35,080 bases of DNA from a virus (taxonomy: Duplodnaviria > Caudoviricetes): the IMG/VR virus record IMGVR_UViG_3300032269_000669, positions 1 to 35,080 of that record, one strand, 5' to 3'. Below the pieces are notes generated by a model. It was not told the DNA's origin and searched no databases. It saw only the letters and a list, made by a program, of their open reading frames with translations. The position numbers and the translations under genes were made by a program. Of the stretch, positions 6,968 through 13,262 are shown piece by piece; position 1 is the first letter of the stretch, and each line of letters opens with the position of its first letter.

Positions 6968-8374
6968 ATGACCCTAGCACTATATGTAGAAAGCGTAGCC
7001 CCCGACCTCGACGGACTACCTGCCACTTATCAGACCGTCCTATTCCCTTCCACCGATAACACTATCGGTATCTACCACCGCCACTCCAACGGCTCAAAGG
7101 GTCGTGGACAGGTATGGAGTCCTATCACCGTAGATACTATGGTGCTTCCTGCTAGCCCTATCATCAAAGAGCCCGTAGCAGTAGTCCTATCAGACCGCGA
7201 CCTACAAATGGCGACCCTCGGCTCTATCACTAATATCGCAGTTAAAGCCATGTATGCCTATGAAAGCGCCAACCTCATTACCGCGACCGTGCCTCATAAT
7301 TGGTCGGTAACAATGCTTCGTGACCGCCTATTAGAACAAGACCCAACCCTATCGGACTTCATCACAGACAAGCGTAGGACTAGCCCCGTTGTATTTACAC
7401 AGACCCAAAATCTCGTAGAAAATGTCGTGGAGCAGACAGAGCCTATTAAGCCTATCGAACTCGTCAAAGAAGAAACAGAAGTAGCAACCGATAAGACTAT
7501 TGACGATATGGCGCTAGCCATGATTACCGTGCCTGACTCCAAGTGGGCTAGTGAGTACGTTCACCGCAAGATTAACGGCGTAAGCGACTTCGACATCTTC
7601 GACAAAGCACTAGAGACAGGTACAAACGTACTTATCGAAGGTGGCGCAGGGTCGGGTAAGACTATCTCGGTACAGGCGTACGCTAGTGCTAGAGGTATGC
7701 GTTACTTCAATGTCTCGAACTCAAACGGTATCGAGCCTTCTCAACTATTCGGTGGTTGGATACCACGTGAGGACGGACAGGGTTATCGTTGGCAGGACGG
7801 AGCAGTAACTATGCTCGTCCGTCATGGTGGAGTCTTACTTCTCAATGAGGTGAACTTCCTACCTACTAGGGTTAGCACCGTCCTATTCTCACTTCTCGAT
7901 TACCGCCGTGAAATCCAACTATTAGAGCATGGTGGCGAGACTATCAAGGCGCACCCAAACCTTCTAATCGTTGCCGATATGAACGCAGGGTACAAGGGCA
8001 CACAAGAACTAAATCAAGCCTTCAATGACCGCTTCGGTATCAAGTTAGAGTTTCCTTACGATAGGACTATTGAGAACAAGGTAGTCAATAACAAGTCACT
8101 ACTAACACTAGCCGACCAACTTCGTGAGCAGTACGAGAAGGAAGAACTTACTAGCCCTATCTCAACCCGTTCGCTAGTGGACTTCATGAAGAACGCTAGG
8201 ACTTTCGGTATTGACTTCGCTATCACTTCGTTCGTCAATGCCTTCCACAAAGAAGAACGTGGTGGAGTAAGACTAGCGTGCGAAACACACAAAGAACTTA
8301 TCGCAACAGACATGGGCGTTAAGATTATCTCTCACCCTGATAACGAGCAGTACCGCACAGAGGTATTGGCATAA
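6968..8374 (+). CDS. MoxR/CobS/CbbQ-like AAA+ ATPase with N-terminal extension
   Basis: Walker A GGAGSGKT; Walker B LLLNEVN; WQDG; MNAGYKGTQELNQAFNDRF; STR sensor II. Start at ATG 6968 supported by SD AGAAAGG and ACGACC-ATG. Confidence 0.9.
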   Translation: MTLALYVESVAPDLDGLPATYQTVLFPSTDNTIGIYHRHSNGSKGRGQVWSPITVDTMVLPASPIIKEPVAVVLSDRDLQMATLGSITNIAVKAMYAYESANLITATVPHNWSVTMLRDRLLEQDPTLSDFITDKRRTSPVVFTQTQNLVENVVEQTEPIKPIELVKEETEVATDKTIDDMALAMITVPDSKWASEYVHRKINGVSDFDIFDKALETGTNVLIEGGAGSGKTISVQAYASARGMRYFNVSNSNGIEPSQLFGGWIPREDGQGYRWQDGAVTMLVRHGGVLLLNEVNFLPTRVSTVLFSLLDYRREIQLLEHGGETIKAHPNLLIVADMNAGYKGTQELNQAFNDRFGIKLEFPYDRTIENKVVNNKSLLTLADQLREQYEKEELTSPISTRSLVDFMKNARTFGIDFAITSFVNAFHKEERGGVRLACETHKELIATDMGVKIISHPDNEQYRTEVLA

Positions 8375-10272
8375 TGCGCCGTCCACACAAGACAGACCAA
8401 CTCACCACTCTCGAATACGGGATTGGTTGGGAAGGTCGCCACAACGCCGAGACAGGCGAGTGGGAATATACAGACCGTTGGGGTCGTACTAAAGAGGAAA
8501 TCTTAGAGGACTACCAAGAACACAAATCCAAACTCGATAGTGTTAGCGGAGTCTATCAACGCGCTAACCGTATCATCACGGGAGATGAGATTACGGTAAC
8601 CGTAGTGGACGACCCCGACATGGATTGTCCTGCCCGTAGTAATGGCAGAGACATAGAGTTTAACGCTAACCTTATTGAGGACTTAGACACAGACTCTATT
8701 CTTAGCCTTCATGGGCTTAACTTCCACGAAATCGCACACGTCCTATATTCACCGCGCAAGGGCTCGGACTTAGGGCAATACGTAATTACTAATAAGATGA
8801 AGCGTGCTATGAACGTGCTTGAAGAGGCGCGTATCGAGACACTTCTCGCTAACAAGTATCCGATTACTAAACTATTCCTAGAGGCTAGCACTACCGACTA
8901 TCTATTAAAAGATAGCCCTAGTGAGTGGGGTAATCAGTACCTCACTATCACGGGTCGTACTTATCTAGGACTCGACCTTCGACAAATGGTTGCCGATAAG
9001 TTTATCGCTCAACACGGAGTCGAACTAGCAAACCGCCTACACAAACTTATCCACGAATACAAAGGGCTCGTATTCCCTACCGACTTCGACCGCGCTAAGA
9101 CTATCATCACAGAACTATCTGAAATCATAGGCAAAGACAACGAAGAACAGCCTCAATGGTCGAAAGAACAAGGACACGGGCACAACGGCGAAGAACGCGA
9201 TATGCCTACACGTGGCAGACCCGAAGGTGCTAAAGAGCAACAGCGCCTTCAAGATAAAGAAAAGGCTAACCCTAAGCAGTTAGAAGATGTTAGCCCTAGC
9301 GTTGGAGCAGGTGGCGCAGACAACTCAATTTACAATGGCGAAGAGCGTGACTTCACAGAAGAAGATAGTGCTATCGCTAAGAAACTTACAGAGCGTATGT
9401 CCGAGATTAAGAAGGACGAGTATGTAAAGCGACAAGTAAGTGAGACTCGTAAGGCTATCGTAGGTAGTGACGAAGCGCGTAGTGCTATGCGTAACGCCAC
9501 TTACAATAATGAGACTCCTAATGAAGTCTCAATAGGATTAGCGCGTAGGTTCGGTATTGAACTAGAGCGCATAGTCAGAGATAACGACCCGTATTGGGAG
9601 CGCCGTACTCGTAGTGGCAAACTCAACGTGGCGCGTACCATGACTCCCGACGTGAACGCTATTAGCAGTATGTTCGACACGTGGGATACAGGCAACGAGA
9701 ACACAGATATTGAAGCAGTAGTCCTATTGGATAACTCGTCCTCAATGGGTGGGCTCATGCGTAAAGTGTGTGAGAACGCATGGATTATCAAACGTGGTAT
9801 CGAGAGTATTCAGGGCGAAGTAACTATGTACTCCTTCTCTCATGAGAGCAAACTACTTTACAATAAAGTAGAACGCGCTAAGCCTAGAACTTATCGGTTC
9901 GTACAGGCAACAGGTAACACTAACCCTATTCGTGGGCTCATGGAAGCAGAGCGCACACTCACACAAAGCGAGAAGTCCGTGAAGTTACTATTCATAGTTA
10001 CAGACGGACAATGGGAGATGACCGAAGAGTGCGATAGCATTATCAAGAAGTTAAACGACAGGGGCATAGTTACCTGCGTAGTATTCTTAGGCGACTTATC
10101 TCACTACAAGAATATGATGAGCGATATTGAGTACACAGAGTACGCAACTAACACACTCAAATCATTACGGCACGGCGCTCGTATCTTTAAGAGCGTAGTA
10201 GAGCCTAGAGATGTACTAAAGATAGCAACCGAGTTAGTAAAGACTAACCTTAGCCGAAAGAGGGTGGCGTAA
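8374..10272 (+). CDS. CobT-like protein: N-terminal HEXXH metallopeptidase-like domain plus C-terminal vWA (MIDAS) domain
   Basis: FHEIAH...NVLEEARIE; acidic linker; RSGKL; LLDNSSSM (DxSxS); GNT; IVTDG; TAATG coupling to the AAA gene. Confidence 0.9.
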   Translation: MRRPHKTDQLTTLEYGIGWEGRHNAETGEWEYTDRWGRTKEEILEDYQEHKSKLDSVSGVYQRANRIITGDEITVTVVDDPDMDCPARSNGRDIEFNANLIEDLDTDSILSLHGLNFHEIAHVLYSPRKGSDLGQYVITNKMKRAMNVLEEARIETLLANKYPITKLFLEASTTDYLLKDSPSEWGNQYLTITGRTYLGLDLRQMVADKFIAQHGVELANRLHKLIHEYKGLVFPTDFDRAKTIITELSEIIGKDNEEQPQWSKEQGHGHNGEERDMPTRGRPEGAKEQQRLQDKEKANPKQLEDVSPSVGAGGADNSIYNGEERDFTEEDSAIAKKLTERMSEIKKDEYVKRQVSETRKAIVGSDEARSAMRNATYNNETPNEVSIGLARRFGIELERIVRDNDPYWERRTRSGKLNVARTMTPDVNAISSMFDTWDTGNENTDIEAVVLLDNSSSMGGLMRKVCENAWIIKRGIESIQGEVTMYSFSHESKLLYNKVERAKPRTYRFVQATGNTNPIRGLMEAERTLTQSEKSVKLLFIVTDGQWEMTEECDSIIKKLNDRGIVTCVVFLGDLSHYKNMMSDIEYTEYATNTLKSLRHGARIFKSVVEPRDVLKIATELVKTNLSRKRVA

Positions 10273-10274
10273 TG

Positions 10275-10285
10275 CCAACACAAAC
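10275..10285 (-). repeat. single copy of the boundary motif (CCAACACAAAC)
   Basis: immediately after the vWA stop and before a block of small genes. Confidence 0.7.
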
Positions 10286-10299
10286 CGAAAGGATAACTA

Positions 10300-10482
10300 A
10301 TGGGTAATCTAGGTGAAGAACTATCGCCTATGGACTACGCAGAGGCTATGAGGGAAGTATTAAACCGCCTTCATGACCTACTTCAACAAGATGTATTCCA
10401 AACCGAAAATGCGGAGAACTTAGTACAGACCGCCAAAGACTATTTATTCTACTTAGAAGATAACAGAAGGGTAATCCTATGA
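10300..10482 (+). CDS. hypothetical protein
   Basis: 60 aa; AAAGGA SD. Confidence 0.75.
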   Translation: MGNLGEELSPMDYAEAMREVLNRLHDLLQQDVFQTENAENLVQTAKDYLFYLEDNRRVIL

Positions 10483-10727
10483 GTCAGCACCACTTCGTAG
10501 TCATGTACGACACAGAGACTAAACAATGGGATTGGTTCCAAGAACTAGAAGAAGGAGCGTTCCCGTCAGGTGGCGTGTACTCAACAGAACTTCAAGAGTG
10601 GTTAAAGCCTAGTGCTAGCGAACACTTAATGGACATGGACACTAAGGCTAGTGAACAACTAGGACTAGGTATCCGCTTCTTAAACTATTGTGAGGACAAA
10701 GATGTACGCCTTAAAAGTAACCGTTGA
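10479..10727 (+). CDS. hypothetical protein
   Basis: 82 aa; ATGA overlap. Confidence 0.8.
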   Translation: MSQHHFVVMYDTETKQWDWFQELEEGAFPSGGVYSTELQEWLKPSASEHLMDMDTKASEQLGLGIRFLNYCEDKDVRLKSNR

Positions 10728-10908
10728 GGTTGATGAAGAGATACGTATATGGGACGGCGAGCCTTCCACTAATCACAAAGTAGTGGAGTACGCTCGTAAG
10801 CAGTTAGAGAAAGAACTAAAGAAGTTAGCAATACCGCACCGAATAACACTAAAACAAGTAGATGAGAAAGATATACAAACCGAACTAGAGAAATTGAGGA
10901 AATACTAA
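10702..10908 (+). CDS. hypothetical protein
   Basis: MYALKVTVEV...; GAGGA SD before ATG 10702; TAATG coupling downstream. Confidence 0.7.
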   Translation: MYALKVTVEVDEEIRIWDGEPSTNHKVVEYARKQLEKELKKLAIPHRITLKQVDEKDIQTELEKLRKY

Positions 10909-11522
10909 TGGGCTTAGATATGTATTTATACGCGGAGAAGTACGTCAGTAATGCTAGCGATAGCATGGTTGAACGCTTCCCACAATACGCAAAAGAAAGA
11001 GAGATGTACCGAGAGGTCGTTAAGGCTATCGGTGGAGAGATGTTGCCTACCCCTGAATACGGTGGCATGTCTATTAGTAAATGCGTTGGATATTGGCGCA
11101 AGGCTAATGCTATTCACGGTTGGTTCGTGAGAGAGTTAGCAGACGGCATAGACGAGTGCCAACGTATAGATGTAGGTTGGGACGATATAACTCGATTGAG
11201 AGATGAGTGTATTAACGCGCTTGCTAACCGTAATAACGCAGTACCAACCGAAGAGCGCACTAAGACTATCAGCATGGACGATAAGAGCCCCGAAGAGATG
11301 ATGAACGTAATCATGGAAGAGTGGGGTAATCAGAAGGCTAAGGCTAACTCAACCGTGTTAGATACAAGCGACCCACTCGCGCCTACTGCTGGCTTCTTCT
11401 TTGGTGGTACAGAGAAAGACGAGTACTATTATCAGGATATTGAATACACGCTAGATGTTCTTAACTCGCTTCTAGCCTTCAATGATACAGAGTGGTCGTT
11501 CTACTACCGCGCTAGTTGGTAA
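10908..11522 (+). CDS. conserved phage protein (MGLDMY...YWRKANAIHGWF...FFFG...YRASW family)
   Basis: recognisable motif set of a widespread uncharacterised phage family. Confidence 0.85.
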   Translation: MGLDMYLYAEKYVSNASDSMVERFPQYAKEREMYREVVKAIGGEMLPTPEYGGMSISKCVGYWRKANAIHGWFVRELADGIDECQRIDVGWDDITRLRDECINALANRNNAVPTEERTKTISMDDKSPEEMMNVIMEEWGNQKAKANSTVLDTSDPLAPTAGFFFGGTEKDEYYYQDIEYTLDVLNSLLAFNDTEWSFYYRASW

Positions 11523-11534
11523 TAACTAAATAGA

Positions 11535-11800
11535 TTTCCCGTTGGGATTGGTCAGACCCGAACGTACAAAAGTGAGCATGACTAACTTTAATTAGTTAGT
11601 TGAGCAATAGTCGAATAGTAGAGTGTGCGAGGTTTTCTTCGCTTGGTAAGCAGTACTCAATGGGAGAGCAAGTAAAGAGAGTAGTCCTAGTGGGATAGGA
11701 CAGGGTCAATGGTGTTATCGCTCCGCCCTACCTAACTATGTTAGGTTGTGCCAATGCCTGTCTATCCATAAGACCACGCTGTACCCACTAGGACTCTAAC
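11535..11800 (+). ncRNA. candidate structured non-coding RNA
   Basis: about 295-nt gap in a tightly packed operon; AGTCCTAGTGGG/CCCACTAGGACT 12-bp closing stem with nested GGATAG-GACAGG/CCTGTC-TATCC and ACCTAAC/GTTAGGT stems. Confidence 0.45.
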
Positions 11801-11817
11801 TAATCTAAGGAGAGACA

Positions 11818-11964
11818 ATGAACGAAGAGATAATTACCTGCTCAAATTGTGGGTACGAAACAAGCGAAGTTGATACCAATACCGAGTTGTGCCAAACCTG
11901 TAAGAACGCTTACGATTTAGGGTGGAGCGACCGCGAATACAAAGGAGAAGAACAAAGTGTATGA
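11818..11964 (+). CDS. small zinc-finger protein (48 aa)
   Basis: MNEEIITCSNCG...LCQTCKNAYDLGW; TAAGGAG SD. Confidence 0.75.
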   Translation: MNEEIITCSNCGYETSEVDTNTELCQTCKNAYDLGWSDREYKGEEQSV

Positions 11965-12259
11965 CCATGATTTAACACTAAAGACACGTCACCTAGCAAC
12001 CAATGAGATTATCAAGCGTTACCGTGACGAATACACAGAACTATTAACAGAACTCAAAGCAACAAGCCCTAAGAACTACACAAGTCTTGCCCGTACTCGT
12101 CTAAAGAATAACCACCTTCAAGAGTGGAGAGATGAGCAAGAGAAACAAGCGGAGAGCGCAGGTATTGGTACTGCTCGCCGTCGCAAAGAGCGTTCACTAG
12201 AGAGACACAGAGAGCGCGTACGCAAGTTAGAGCAAGAGTTAGGTATCACTAATGCCTAG
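11957..12259 (+). CDS. basic helical hypothetical protein
   Basis: 100 aa; AAAGGAG SD; R/K/E-rich coiled C-terminus. Confidence 0.8.
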   Translation: MYDHDLTLKTRHLATNEIIKRYRDEYTELLTELKATSPKNYTSLARTRLKNNHLQEWRDEQEKQAESAGIGTARRRKERSLERHRERVRKLEQELGITNA

Positions 12260-12428
12260 ATACAACGTACGACTATCCACTATTCAGTATTCATGGGCAG
12301 TAATTACCGCAGACACAGAAGAGGAAGCCATAGGCAAAGCGTTCAAGGAGAGAGAGAACTCGCGCTATTGGTCTGAGGCTTCTATGCCTGAGCATGAAGT
12401 AAAGTTATTTGGCGACACGGACGACTAA
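12252..12428 (+). CDS. hypothetical protein (58 aa)
   Basis: MPRYNVRLSTIQYSWAVITADTEEEAIGKAF...; the V.A.TEEEA motif is common in small phage proteins. Confidence 0.7.
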   Translation: MPRYNVRLSTIQYSWAVITADTEEEAIGKAFKERENSRYWSEASMPEHEVKLFGDTDD

Positions 12429-12430
12429 AA

Positions 12431-12441
12431 GTTTGTGTTGG
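12431..12441 (+). repeat. single copy of the boundary motif (GTTTGTGTTGG)
   Basis: 2 nt after the stop at 12428. Confidence 0.7.
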
Positions 12442-12485
12442 CGCACCACCCGTAGTACGCTTAAACCCTAACCGAGAGGAAACCT

Positions 12486-12773
12486 ATGGCAAAGAAAGTA
12501 AATGCGGTATTTGACGCAACACTAAAGAAGAACCCTGAAAAAGGTGGAGCATGGCTAGCCCGTGTGACTACTTATGATGAGGGGTTAGAGGACGGTAATG
12601 TAATCGTTTCAACAGCGTGGTCTAACGCGAGCGCAGGTAAGCGTTGGATTAAAGAGATGGTTGCAAAGATGACTCCACGCAAGTCTGTAAAAATGGTTGC
12701 AGGAGCTGACCTTGATGTTAAAGGAAAGCCCATGAGTTTTGCTGGACAAGTGGCGTTCAAGAGAGAGATTTAA
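12486..12773 (+). CDS. basic hypothetical protein
   Basis: 95 aa; GAGGA SD. Confidence 0.8.
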   Translation: MAKKVNAVFDATLKKNPEKGGAWLARVTTYDEGLEDGNVIVSTAWSNASAGKRWIKEMVAKMTPRKSVKMVAGADLDVKGKPMSFAGQVAFKREI

Positions 12774-12776
12774 TAG

Positions 12777-12872
12777 ATGTCTTTCATAGACCCTATTGTT
12801 CCTAACCCTGATTGGGGTAATCCTAGTCCCAATGTAGACCCTACAGAGTGGGAAGAAGAAGAAGATGAGTGA
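12777..12872 (+). CDS. tiny Pro/acidic peptide (31 aa)
   Basis: MSFIDPIVPNPDWGNPSPNVDPTEWEEEEDE fills the gap between neighbours. Confidence 0.45.
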   Translation: MSFIDPIVPNPDWGNPSPNVDPTEWEEEEDE

Positions 12873-13116
12873 AGAGAGAGAAACTTTACCTATGGCTGGC
12901 GGTTGCGGTGATAACTGCGCTTGCAATCAAGAAGAGAGAGAAGAGAGTAATCCTTCTTATGCCACAGTAGATGTATTTGTTGAACAGTACTCAAAGGCAT
13001 TAAGAGAGTATTTACGCCGTACGCTTACCACAGACGGCACACACCACATAGAGGATTTAGGCGCTCATACTGCTAGTTTTAGCGAAGCGTTTGCCACTAT
13101 CGCTGGTTACTTTTAA
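12865..13116 (+). CDS. hypothetical protein
   Basis: 83 aa; GGCGDNCAC motif. Confidence 0.7.
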   Translation: MSEERETLPMAGGCGDNCACNQEEREESNPSYATVDVFVEQYSKALREYLRRTLTTDGTHHIEDLGAHTASFSEAFATIAGYF

Positions 13117-13162
13117 GAGAGAGAGATGAGAGAGCGTTAAAGAGAGTGGTTCATATCTCCAA

Positions 13163-13200
13163 GGACGGTCATGATGGTGCCTTTCTCACCTAGCCGTACC
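13163..13200 (+). promoter_or_regulatory. 3'UTR element antisense to the RBS and start of the AAA gene
   Basis: TGCCTTTCT 13178-13186 complements AGAAAGGCA 6951-6959; GGTCATG 13167-13173 complements CATGACC 6967-6973. Confidence 0.6.
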
Positions 13201-13214
13201 TGCGTTTAATCATA

Positions 13215-13254
13215 AGAAAGCCCCCTTGCAACTCGCTAGCAAGGGGGCATTTCT
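13215..13254. terminator. bidirectional intrinsic terminator between converging arms
   Basis: AGAAA-GCCCCCTTGC..GCAAGGGGGC-ATTTCT. Confidence 0.85.
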
Positions 13255-13262
13255 GTATTAGA

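Noticed and set aside
11535-11610. Pistol or hammerhead ribozyme
   Set aside because: The pseudoknot is superficially pistol-like, but I could not find the P2 partner or conserved GCG/GU residues, and there is no CTGATGA/GAAA core. It is kept only as an unassigned RNA candidate.
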